Source: Patescibacteria group bacterium (GTDB lineage: Bacteria; Patescibacteriota; Patescibacteriia; Magasanikbacterales; JBBTQS01). Taken from it: a DNA stretch of 64,000 bases. Under the pieces are notes generated by a model that worked only from the letters and a program-made list of their open reading frames with translations, made no database searches and was not told the origin of the DNA. This document shows, piece by piece, positions 17,875-26,360 of the stretch. A program made the position numbers and the translations under genes. The stretch lies in contig JBBTQS010000001.1 in the NCBI GenBank assembly GCA_038065555.1, positions 64,741 through 128,740 on the forward strand, written 5' to 3'. Every line of letters starts with the position of its first letter. Position 1 is the first letter of the stretch.

Positions 17875-18786
17875 ATGACCGCGTTCCTTCGTGCGATCAA
17901 ATTCGGACTCCAAAATGTGTGGCGCAATTTCGGGCTCTCAGTAACCACGATTTCGATTCTGGTGGTGATGCTCATGAGCGTGAATTTGATTTTTGCGATT
18001 TCGGCGATGACGGGTGCTGCGATTTCGTCCGTGAAGGATCAAGTGGATGTGTCCGTGTTCTTCACCCCTGATGCACCGCAATCCCGTATTGATGAAGTGC
18101 AAAAGGTTGTTGGTGGATTCTCATCAGTGAAGGAAGCGCAGCTCAAGTCGCCAGAGCAGGTGTTGGCAGAGTTCACCACGCGTCATGCAGACAGCGAAGC
18201 GATTCAGTATTCGCTCAAGGAATTGGGGAAGAATCCGCTGGGTGCGACGCTCATCATTCGTACGTACGAGCCTGGGCAATATCGTGACATTGTGAAGGCG
18301 CTCAATATTCCGGAGTACGAAGGTGTGATCGAGTCGCGAACGTTCGATGATACGACGGACATTGTTTCGCGTATTGCCATCATTACAGACCGTGCGCAGA
18401 TGATCGCGTGGGTGGTGACCATTATATTTGCAGTGATCGCCTTCATGATTGTGGCATCGTCGATCCGCGTGGCCATCTTCACCCAGCGCGAGGAGATCAG
18501 TATTCAGAAGCTCGTGGGCGCCGGGAACTGGTTCATTCGCGCGCCGTTTTTCGTCGAAGTGCTGCTCTATTGCACCCTTGCCATGATTCTCGCCATCGTG
18601 ATACTGTATTTCGGCATCACGGTGACTGACCCGTACATCCGGACGCTCTTCGGAACGTACCAGTTCAGCCTGATGGGATACTTCATGACCCAGGGCCCGC
18701 TCCTCTTCGGCGCGCAATTCGCTTCGCTGATTGTGCTGTGCTCGCTCAGTGGGTTCATGTCGATGCGTCGGTTCTTGCGCGTGTAG
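17875..18786 (+). CDS. ftsX: cell division permease-like protein FtsX
   Basis: N-terminal TM helix, periplasmic domain, three C-terminal TM helices; downstream of ftsE. Confidence 0.8.
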   Translation: MTAFLRAIKFGLQNVWRNFGLSVTTISILVVMLMSVNLIFAISAMTGAAISSVKDQVDVSVFFTPDAPQSRIDEVQKVVGGFSSVKEAQLKSPEQVLAEFTTRHADSEAIQYSLKELGKNPLGATLIIRTYEPGQYRDIVKALNIPEYEGVIESRTFDDTTDIVSRIAIITDRAQMIAWVVTIIFAVIAFMIVASSIRVAIFTQREEISIQKLVGAGNWFIRAPFFVEVLLYCTLAMILAIVILYFGITVTDPYIRTLFGTYQFSLMGYFMTQGPLLFGAQFASLIVLCSLSGFMSMRRFLRV

Positions 18787-18836
18787 CGCGGGAAAGCGGT
18801 GGCGCCTCTGGCGCGCATCGTAGCAGCACCAGAAAT

Positions 18837-18907
18837 TCCGGGATCGTCTAATGGTAGGACATCGCCCTTTGGAGGCGAGTATCTTGGTTCGAATCCAAGT
18901 CCCGGAG
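18837..18907 (+). tRNA. tRNA-Gln (anticodon TTG), CCA not encoded
   Basis: TCCGGGA..TCGCCCTTTGGAGGCGA..GGTTCGAATCCAAG TCCCGGA G; U1:A72 as in bacterial tRNA-Gln. Confidence 0.85.
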
Positions 18908-18947
18908 CACATTCGAGATAAGCTTGAGTCTGAAACACAAAATTTCT

Positions 18948-19493
18948 ATGAAAATAGTTGTTGGATCAGCAAGCAAGCGAAAAATTAGCATTGTTGAGAA
19001 AATTGCTCAGCAAATATTCAAGGACGCTGTAATTGATGTGGTTGGGTACGCTGCAAAGTCTGGCGTGCCAGATACTCCGTATGGTAGGGAGACTTTCGAA
19101 GGTGCAAAGAATAGAGTGCTAGACGCTCAGATCAAAATGTTGGGTGCTGATTGTTATGTAGGCTTGGAAAGCGGCTTGGTAGAACGGTATACACACGTGT
19201 TTGAAGAAGCTTGGTGTGTACTCTTGTTACAAGGTAGAGAGTATTACGGGTATTCGAGTGGTTTGAAGGTTCCGGATTGTATACTTAAGAAAATGGATGA
19301 ACTAGGCAAGCCGCACTCGGAGGTAATGAGATTGATTGAAGAGCAGCACGATAAAACATCAAATGATACGTGGGGTACGTACTCAGGCGGTCTTATTGTT
19401 AGAGAAGTTAGCCTGGGGGAAGCTGTACGCAATGCGTTTATTCAGGGCGTTGAATCCGAGAATTCATTGTTTTGTGAAGTATCTAAAACTTAG
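18948..19493 (+). CDS. inosine/xanthosine triphosphatase (YjjX/Maf-Ham1-like non-canonical NTPase)
   Basis: MKIVVGSASKRKI, SGVPDTPYGRETFEGAKNRVLDA; in the low-GC islet. Confidence 0.55.
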   Translation: MKIVVGSASKRKISIVEKIAQQIFKDAVIDVVGYAAKSGVPDTPYGRETFEGAKNRVLDAQIKMLGADCYVGLESGLVERYTHVFEEAWCVLLLQGREYYGYSSGLKVPDCILKKMDELGKPHSEVMRLIEEQHDKTSNDTWGTYSGGLIVREVSLGEAVRNAFIQGVESENSLFCEVSKT

Positions 19494-19514
19494 AGATGTT
19501 GATAGGGGGTGATT

Positions 19515-19523
19515 TGGTACAAT
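19515..19523 (+). promoter_or_regulatory. extended -10 box TGGTACAAT upstream of the ASCH gene
   Basis: TGnTACAAT about 24 nt before ATG 19547. Confidence 0.3.
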
Positions 19524-19546
19524 CAAATCGTAGACCAAATCGATAT

Positions 19547-19873
19547 ATGAAAACACTAAAATTCAGTGACACTCTCGTCCCTCTCGTTCTCTCAGGAGCA
19601 AAAGACTCAACCTGGAGACTTTTTGACGATAAGGATTTGCGGAAAGGAGATGAACTCTCACTCGTCAACAAAGACACAGGGGAGCAATTCGCAAAGGCGC
19701 ATATTGTTTTTGTGCAAGAAAAGCAGCTCAACAAACTTGATGACACTGATCAAGACGGCCACGAGCTATATGAAAGTGAGGAGAAGATGCTCGAGGATTT
19801 TCGGAAGTATTATGGTGATCGCGTCACACTTGAAAGTATGGTGAAGGTCATCAAATTCAAGCTCGCTGAGTAA
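19547..19873 (+). CDS. ASCH domain protein
   Basis: MKTLKFSDTLVPLVLSGAKDSTWRL ASCH beta-barrel start. Confidence 0.5.
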   Translation: MKTLKFSDTLVPLVLSGAKDSTWRLFDDKDLRKGDELSLVNKDTGEQFAKAHIVFVQEKQLNKLDDTDQDGHELYESEEKMLEDFRKYYGDRVTLESMVKVIKFKLAE

Positions 19874-19879
19874 CAAACT

Positions 19880-20239
19880 ATGAAATCATACACAACCATT
19901 AGTGCCTATCTCAAAGGCGCGCCCAAGTATGCGCAACCCAAGCTCCAAGAAATGAGAGCACTGTGTCAGGAACATGTTCCCGATGCAGAAGAAGTCATCC
20001 GCTACGGCATGCCCACCATCCAACTTCGGGGCAAGAATTTCGTGCACTTCGCCGCAATGAAAGGCCATCTCGGATTCTATCCAACACCTTCGGGCGTCAC
20101 AGCATTCGAAGAGCAACTCAAGAAGCAGGAGATCAGCTACTCGAAGGGGTGTATCCGATTCGCATATGACAAGCCGCTTCCCGTGGCGTTTATCAAAAAG
20201 ATTATTATCTTCAGGTTAAAGGAAGAACGGAGCCGCTAG
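19880..20239 (+). CDS. DUF1801/YdhG-family protein
   Basis: YdhG-like block RYGMPTIQLRGKNFVHFAAMKGHLGFYP. Confidence 0.55.
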   Translation: MKSYTTISAYLKGAPKYAQPKLQEMRALCQEHVPDAEEVIRYGMPTIQLRGKNFVHFAAMKGHLGFYPTPSGVTAFEEQLKKQEISYSKGCIRFAYDKPLPVAFIKKIIIFRLKEERSR

Positions 20240-20323
20240 TATAGACGTTTTTACAAAGAGTTTATGAACCACACCTTCTGGCTCGCAAGGAAAGATAGCG
20301 TTGAGTATTGAAAGGTAAAACGA

Positions 20324-20362
20324 AGACCCACACCGATCGTACGAAGGGTGTGGGTCTTTGTT
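20324..20362. terminator. bidirectional rho-independent terminator
   Basis: agacccacacc / ggtgtgggtct stem flanked by a T-run. Confidence 0.6.
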
Positions 20363-20374
20363 GTGTTGATGCCG

Positions 20375-21670
20375 TTACGCGTTCTTCTTGGCTCGAGAGG
20401 TCTCCTTGTGCCCATCGACAAGTTTCTGGAACTCGTCGATGGGGAAGTGGATACCGTGGCGACCGCAGAATTCTGAGAGGAGATCTTCTGGGATCCCCAG
20501 CTCAGATTTCAAGGTGAAGGCATGGGTGGCGCTGATCTCCTGTGCCGCAGCGATCTTGTCGAGGTGTTTCTTGCTGCGTTGCAGCACACGCACGAAGCTG
20601 TCGCGTTCCGATTGGATCCAGCCGTTGACAGCTGATTCGTGACGGAGCGTGAGTTCGCGATTGTCGATTGCGACGCAGAGCGAATGCACCCAGCCTGTGA
20701 GAGCCGTGAGCTCGACTCCGTGGAGTTGTGCTCCGATCATCGTTCGTCTGAGAGCTCTGCGAAGCAGATACCCCTCCCGAACGTTGCTTGGAACCACCCC
20801 TTCCCGGATCATCAGGATTGCCGTCTTCAGATGATCGAGGATGATTCGGCTCCACCTCGTGTCACCAACGCTCTCCTGGATGAGTCGGAAGGAGGTGGAG
20901 TACTGATCGATTTCGTGGATCGACGCGCGATCCTGCAGGATCATCGAGAATCGTTCCATCCCCGCGCCCGTGTCTACGCACTTCATGGGGAGATTGGTGA
21001 TAGCACCGTTCTCGTCCTTGAAGTATTGCATGAAGACGCCAGCGTTCCAGATCTCGATGTGTCGACCGGGAACGAGCACATCATCCGTTTCTTTCTCGGC
21101 GAAGGATTCGCCTCGATCGAAGAAGACTTCGGTGCACGGACCGCACGGACCGCTCGTTCCGGCGGGTCCCCAGAAGTTGTCCTCCGGAGGGCGGCCGATG
21201 ATGTGGTCGCGAGGGAGGAAGCGTTCCCAGATGCGTGCGGACTCTTCGTCGCTGGGCACACCAGGGAGGCTGTCGTCGGCATTGAACACGGTCGCGTACA
21301 AGCGATCCGCAGGAATGCCGAACTCTCCAGTGATGAGCTCGAATGCGAGTTCGATCGCTCGCTCCTTGAAGTAGTCACCGAATGACCACGAACCCATCAT
21401 TCGGAAACTCGTACCATGGTAGGAGTCTCCGACACTCTCGAAGTCCACGAAGCGGATGCAATCCTGGACGTTGGTGAGGCGTGGGTAGGGTGGTGTGGCC
21501 TGCCCTGTGAAGTAGGGCTTCATAGGGGCCATGCCGGAGTTGATGAACATCAGGGTAGGATCGTCCTTCGGCATGATGCCAGAGGGCGATATATACCGGT
21601 GTTCGCGATTAAGGAAATGCTCCAGGAAGGTCTGGCGCACCTCCTCGGCCGTTTTGTATGGTAATTTCAA
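20375..21670 (-). CDS. alaS: alanine--tRNA ligase N-terminal fragment (aminoacylation and tRNA-recognition domains only; no editing or C-Ala domain)
   Basis: AlaRS signatures TAEEVRQTFLEHF, DPTLMFINSGM, SFRMMGSWSFGDYFK, FWGPAGTSGPCGPCTEVFFD, EIWNAGVFMQYF, VDTGAGMERF, GVVPSNVREGYLLRRALRR; start chosen at TTG 21670 with a GAGGAGG RBS (ORF track extends to 21736). Confidence 0.8.
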   Translation of the reverse strand: MKLPYKTAEEVRQTFLEHFLNREHRYISPSGIMPKDDPTLMFINSGMAPMKPYFTGQATPPYPRLTNVQDCIRFVDFESVGDSYHGTSFRMMGSWSFGDYFKERAIELAFELITGEFGIPADRLYATVFNADDSLPGVPSDEESARIWERFLPRDHIIGRPPEDNFWGPAGTSGPCGPCTEVFFDRGESFAEKETDDVLVPGRHIEIWNAGVFMQYFKDENGAITNLPMKCVDTGAGMERFSMILQDRASIHEIDQYSTSFRLIQESVGDTRWSRIILDHLKTAILMIREGVVPSNVREGYLLRRALRRTMIGAQLHGVELTALTGWVHSLCVAIDNRELTLRHESAVNGWIQSERDSFVRVLQRSKKHLDKIAAAQEISATHAFTLKSELGIPEDLLSEFCGRHGIHFPIDEFQKLVDGHKETSRAKKNA

Positions 21671-21743
21671 AGAAGCCTCCTCTTTGAGGGGTTGAAGAGC
21701 GTGAGGAACGATATAGTATTTTTTGTTTTTTGGCAAGAGGTTG

Positions 21744-21772
21744 TTGACGTTGTTACTCTTCTGCGCTAGATT
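21744..21772 (+). promoter_or_regulatory. sigma70-like promoter TTGACG-17-TAGATT for the AKR-rSAM-alaS2 operon
   Basis: -35/-10 pair with 17 nt spacer in the AT-rich divergent intergenic region; AGGAGG RBS before ATG 21816. Confidence 0.4.
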
Positions 21773-21815
21773 TTATTGGGTTCGTTCGTTAAAAATACAA
21801 GATTTAGGAGGGGGT

Positions 21816-22556
21816 ATGGAATGGTTTGAAAGGCTCTACTTTGGCACGTGGCAGCTGGGTGGGGGTCAGTTTAGAGCGTTGTCGGAGTATCAGAAGGAGA
21901 GACTCCTGAGTGCTGCAATCATTGCGGGTATCTGTCGCTTTGACACCGCTGCTGTGTATGGAGGAGGGGCCGTGGAGGAACTCCTTGGTCGCCATCTGCA
22001 ACAGCAAGCGGTGATTGTGACTAAGATTCCTGCAATTAGAAAGCCAAATCCGGAAAAGCAGGAGCCCATTAACGAGTTCTACCCGACCGATCACATGCGT
22101 CGGTGTGTCATGAATTCGTTGGATCGACTGAGGAGGGCGCAAGTAGACACCATCTTGTTGCATAATTGGTCGCCATCATGGGCGGTCGGTGCACAAGATG
22201 TGTTGGATTGCCTGAACAGCATGAAGCAGGAAGGCCTCACACGGAGAATTGGCATTTCGTTGCCCAATGACTTTGGATTCCAATCGGGCGCGCGCCTCTT
22301 TCCGTGGATGGATGTGGTAGAGATGCCATATAACCCGGAACAGGCATGGGCACGAAAGCTACTTCCTGCGATGCAAGGATGTGGTGTAGAAGTCTTGCTG
22401 AGAAGTCTGTTTGGGCAAGGGCGCTTTCTTACGACTGACACCGCTGAATCGTTGATCGCGAATGCAGGTGAACTTGGAACGTCTGTGGTCATCGGTATGA
22501 CCACAGAGGAGCAGATCAAACGAAACATCAACTGTCTCAAAAGAGGTGCGCAATGA
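21816..22556 (+). CDS. aldo/keto reductase
   Basis: AKR N-terminus (LYFGTWQLGGG...FDTAAVYGGG); stop overlaps the rSAM start (ATGA). Confidence 0.7.
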   Translation: MEWFERLYFGTWQLGGGQFRALSEYQKERLLSAAIIAGICRFDTAAVYGGGAVEELLGRHLQQQAVIVTKIPAIRKPNPEKQEPINEFYPTDHMRRCVMNSLDRLRRAQVDTILLHNWSPSWAVGAQDVLDCLNSMKQEGLTRRIGISLPNDFGFQSGARLFPWMDVVEMPYNPEQAWARKLLPAMQGCGVEVLLRSLFGQGRFLTTDTAESLIANAGELGTSVVIGMTTEEQIKRNINCLKRGAQ

Positions 22557-23764
22557 ACTATTTCGACGCTGCAAACACAGAAACATTCGTCACTGTGCCT
22601 GGAATGACGACTGGTCGAGAATTCGCACTGCGGGAATACTCGTATGGAGTGCTGGTACCTGACAAGAACCATCCGCTCTCCTGTGTGAGTGTTTCGAACA
22701 GCTCGCTCAGTATAGATCTCTGGGTCGGTTGTGCGTGGCAGTGTCGCTATTGCCATGTGCAGGGTACGAACCAAGACCTGGCTGAGCAAGGAACAATGCC
22801 TCGTAGACCCCGTCTACGCACTGCATTCACGATCGGGCAGATCGTCGATGCGTTGGTGGAGCATCCGTTCTTCGTGGCGGATGTCTCTGTCATCAGTATC
22901 GGAACCGCCAGTACTGAACCGTTCGCACCGGCGATTGTAGACAGTACATTCGACATCATGAACGAGTTCGTGCGACGTGGACTGCGCAATCCATTCTGGA
23001 TCGTGACCAAAGGCGGGATTCCGAAGGGGAGAAAGGTGGATTTCGCCCGCATCGTAAGTGCATCACGCGGACTCATGATCTCACTCTGTTGGGCTGGTAA
23101 CCCAAAGGAGATCGAGCCGATGCGCAATAACCGCTTCCTCAACGTTGAGGAAGCAAAGGAGGCTGGTGCGACAATCGCCTGGTACCTCCGGCCAATCGTG
23201 CCGGAGTGGTCTGGGAGTTCGGAACACATTGACATGATGATGCTGTGGGTCAAACAACACTACAGCGGCATCATTGATATGATCGTTCCGGGCGGACTTC
23301 GGTGGACTGAGGGTATCGAGAATGGCCTGGTGGAGATTCACAAACTCGCCATGCCAGACATTTCTCGTGGAGATAACGAGAAATCACTGCCTCAGGAGCT
23401 GGTGGATTCCATCTTCGCACTGAGTGGTCAGTACTTCCCGGGCGTCCCCGTGTACCTCAAGTCTTCCTGTGCGCTCACACATATGCTCAAGATTCCGAGC
23501 ATTACATCAGTGCACGCGTTCGCGAGAGCTGAGTGTGAAGCATCGCGATGTCCAGCCGAACAGCGCAGGATCTGCGCAAAGGGTGCTGCCTACGATATGA
23601 CGGTTGAGAAAGCTCAGGACATTCTCCGTCGTCTCGGTGTACCTGCTCGTGTGCTGGGGTGGGATGGTACGGGTGGTCTCATCACATCCCCGGCACTGAG
23701 CGAGTTCGCGTACGCTATCAGGCAGACGATCTTCAAAAGCTTGGCTGAAGGAGGTGCCGCATGA
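22553..23764 (+). CDS. radical SAM protein (SPL/COG1533-like)
   Basis: CxxxCxxC cluster GCAWQCRYCHV at residues 60-67; 4-nt ATGA overlaps at both ends. Confidence 0.7.
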   Translation: MNYFDAANTETFVTVPGMTTGREFALREYSYGVLVPDKNHPLSCVSVSNSSLSIDLWVGCAWQCRYCHVQGTNQDLAEQGTMPRRPRLRTAFTIGQIVDALVEHPFFVADVSVISIGTASTEPFAPAIVDSTFDIMNEFVRRGLRNPFWIVTKGGIPKGRKVDFARIVSASRGLMISLCWAGNPKEIEPMRNNRFLNVEEAKEAGATIAWYLRPIVPEWSGSSEHIDMMMLWVKQHYSGIIDMIVPGGLRWTEGIENGLVEIHKLAMPDISRGDNEKSLPQELVDSIFALSGQYFPGVPVYLKSSCALTHMLKIPSITSVHAFARAECEASRCPAEQRRICAKGAAYDMTVEKAQDILRRLGVPARVLGWDGTGGLITSPALSEFAYAIRQTIFKSLAEGGAA

Positions 23765-24885
23765 TCAACCGTGAGCAGATCAAGCGCTTTTTCGAACATC
23801 ACGGCTTCGTGTGGCGAGAAGGTGCTTCGATCACGAGCAGCAACTATAAATTGCTGTTCAACATTTCGGGCGGTGTGGTGTATGAGAGGATTATCTCGGG
23901 CAGAGAACGACCCGAAGTATCCAGAGTTGCATCCGTGCAAACCTGTCTAAGAACAGATGGGTGGAATCGGATCGGTCATTCTGGAAAGCATCACCTCGCC
24001 TTTGAAATGCTCGGTCATTTCTCTTTCTACGAAGGCAATGAAGCCGATGTGAAAGAGAGGATGATCGGAAGTGCGTGGCGATATCTGACAGAATGTCTAG
24101 GTATCAACCAAGACACACTGTTCGCAACAGTGCATCCGCAAGACAGTACGTCGCAACGGATTTGGAGTAATTTGGGGGTAGAGACAAGTGAAAACGCTTG
24201 TAATACCACCTATACTCCATGCAAAAACCGATGTGGTGTGCGAACAGAAATCGTCTGGCGAAATCCAACTACAGGGAACATCGTGGAGCTCTGGAACTTG
24301 GTTTTCACTGAGTTCCAGGGTCAAACGCTCTTCGAATTTCCCTTGGACAGGATAGCTGCCGACTCTGGCGCGAGTATCGATCGGCTCGTTACTGCCGTTG
24401 AAGGTAAGTCGAGCGATTACGATAACTCAAATTGGGTCGACATCATCGGCTCTATCGAGGCGCAGTCGAATGCTCCGGACCGGATATTGGTGTGTCGACT
24501 GGCAGATATGGGTAAGGCGTCGGTACTTCTCGTGGAGCAAGGCCTTCGGCCGGGGAACAAGGCTGCGGAGTATGTGCTTCGGAGGATCATCCGAGAAGCA
24601 TATCTTCTTTGCAAGCAGGTACAGATTCCCTTCGAGGTATTTGTCAAACTTGCGAGCAGTCGCTGGTGTCCAACCCCAGCAATGTCAGAGGTTTTTGTGC
24701 AGGAAGCAACTAGATTCGATTCTGCACTGCGGCGCGGCATGGCAGAATACCGAAAAACAGTTCTCCGTGCACAAGGACCTTTGTCTCACGAAACCATCAA
24801 GCAACTCTCGGCAACGTTTGGGCTTCCGGAAGCACTCATTGTAGTGGAGGAGTCCAAGCGTGCTATACGAGGTGACCATGAGTAG
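23761..24885 (+). CDS. divergent AlaRS catalytic-domain paralog (374 aa)
   Basis: collinear with AlaRS motifs but drifted: EQIKRFFEHHGF, KHHLAFEMLGHFSFYEG, PCKNRCGVRTEIVW, ELWNLVFTEFQ, EYVLRRIIREA. Confidence 0.65.
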   Translation: MINREQIKRFFEHHGFVWREGASITSSNYKLLFNISGGVVYERIISGRERPEVSRVASVQTCLRTDGWNRIGHSGKHHLAFEMLGHFSFYEGNEADVKERMIGSAWRYLTECLGINQDTLFATVHPQDSTSQRIWSNLGVETSENACNTTYTPCKNRCGVRTEIVWRNPTTGNIVELWNLVFTEFQGQTLFEFPLDRIAADSGASIDRLVTAVEGKSSDYDNSNWVDIIGSIEAQSNAPDRILVCRLADMGKASVLLVEQGLRPGNKAAEYVLRRIIREAYLLCKQVQIPFEVFVKLASSRWCPTPAMSEVFVQEATRFDSALRRGMAEYRKTVLRAQGPLSHETIKQLSATFGLPEALIVVEESKRAIRGDHE

Positions 24886-25633
24886 TATTGCTCATGAAAT
24901 AACCCGTGTTTTGCAGCCCCTCGCAGGCTTGAACGCGGTGTTGCATGTTGGCCTGGATCGGAACGTATCACATGGTAGGGTTGATCTCTTAGCAGGTTGT
25001 GTTGACGGCGATATCAAACGGTACGCAATCGATATAATTTGTCTGCTAAAGAGCTGGGACCCATCCGGAGAGTTTTCTGTCTGCGATGACAGTGTACGGT
25101 TTGATACATCGGCTGGGACAGGTGGGGTCGCGGTGTGCGATCCAATTGCCCTTGTTGAAGGTATCAGCGGCTGGATCGAAGGAAGAATGCTCAGTGGGCA
25201 AAGACGTTCGTGGGCCGTCGGGTATTGGTTACCTGAAGCATTGTGCGGGGACCTGGCTACAGCCAGTGTGCTTCATGATGCTACGGGTATAGCAGATCGG
25301 GTTTGTCAACTCGTATCACCATATCCAGAGAAGCTCTCGAATAGTATTGTTCAGTGGTGTTCTGAAGAGATCAGGTTGAAGTTAGTAACACTTCGTTCAC
25401 TGTCACAAGCAGTAGCGTTGGTGGAACACCGGCTTTGCCTGGCGGACATTGCTGCGGCACTCGTGAGGTTGGCATTCGCTCGGGGACGACGCTACCTGCG
25501 TGGATTTCGGTCTCTCGAACAACAAGTTGTGTTCCTGTCACCAGCCGATCGGGCAGTCTATGATCTGGCATCTGAGCTCTTGCTCGGATCGACGGCAGAA
25601 TCGACGATTGAACGGGTCAGGAGCGTGATTTAG
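24860..25633 (+). CDS. hypothetical protein (last gene of the operon)
   Basis: overlaps the preceding gene by 26 nt; no clear family. Confidence 0.4.
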   Translation: MLYEVTMSSIAHEITRVLQPLAGLNAVLHVGLDRNVSHGRVDLLAGCVDGDIKRYAIDIICLLKSWDPSGEFSVCDDSVRFDTSAGTGGVAVCDPIALVEGISGWIEGRMLSGQRRSWAVGYWLPEALCGDLATASVLHDATGIADRVCQLVSPYPEKLSNSIVQWCSEEIRLKLVTLRSLSQAVALVEHRLCLADIAAALVRLAFARGRRYLRGFRSLEQQVVFLSPADRAVYDLASELLLGSTAESTIERVRSVI

Positions 25634-25663
25634 AACTGGAGTATGTGAACACATGCTCCAGTT

Positions 25664-26269
25664 TTATTTTAGGAGTGTTTTTCCGTTCGCATCAATAATG
25701 ATCGCTTCTGAATTTCGTATACGATCAATAACCACATTGTGTTTTAGTTCAAATGCGCGAGCAGCGTCCTCAAGTGCGGGGGTGTAATGTGGAAGCGGTG
25801 TGTTTGGGATGATACAAAGCCCTGTAAAGTCAGTAAGGTTCATCTCGATGGGGTCTGAGAGTATTTCACCGGCAACTGCAATCGATGGTCCGAGGATGAT
25901 ACTTCCAGCACTTACACCTATATACATTCCACCACGATCTAGAAGTGATACGATCGATGTGCGGAAATTTGATGACCGTGCAAAAGCGAGTAGTCGGTAG
26001 GTATTTCCACCGCTTACATAAATAACATCGTAGTTTGTGAGGTCTGCTACTGGTTCGGATGCAAGATCGACAAAATCAACAGTACAAAATTTGAGCGATT
26101 GAAATTGTGACTTTGCTCGCTCAGAGTATTTACCATGGTCTGGCCCTTCTGCAGTTGTTATGATTGCAACAGAGGGGGTTTGATGGTTGGAAAACGTGTG
26201 TTGAACCGCAAAAAAAGTATGACCCTGCGTCAGTCCTGTCGAAGTGAGTATGATCTTTCCGTGGTTCAT
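25664..26269 (-). CDS. peptidase S51 (dipeptidase E/cyanophycinase-like)
   Basis: VIYVSGGNTYRLL and IGVSAGSII serine-nucleophile block. Confidence 0.6.
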   Translation of the reverse strand: MNHGKIILTSTGLTQGHTFFAVQHTFSNHQTPSVAIITTAEGPDHGKYSERAKSQFQSLKFCTVDFVDLASEPVADLTNYDVIYVSGGNTYRLLAFARSSNFRTSIVSLLDRGGMYIGVSAGSIILGPSIAVAGEILSDPIEMNLTDFTGLCIIPNTPLPHYTPALEDAARAFELKHNVVIDRIRNSEAIIIDANGKTLLK

Positions 26270-26360
26270 GTGGAGATGGTAGCATAGAGATCAGACTGTG
26301 TCAGTAACCAATAAATATTCTGTGTACTATTTTGGTTGCAGCTCCTAATTTTATACTGCT

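Noticed and set aside
18837-20362. Calling the tRNA-Gln-adjacent low-GC islet a mobile element
   Set aside because: No integrase, recombinase or transposase gene and no recognisable direct repeat of the tRNA 3' end, so it is reported as a compositional island only.
21671-21736. Longer alaS start (MPKNKKYYIV..., 22 extra residues)
   Set aside because: No RBS before it, whereas the internal TTG at 21670 has a GAGGAGG RBS at ideal spacing and gives an N-terminus matching canonical AlaRS.
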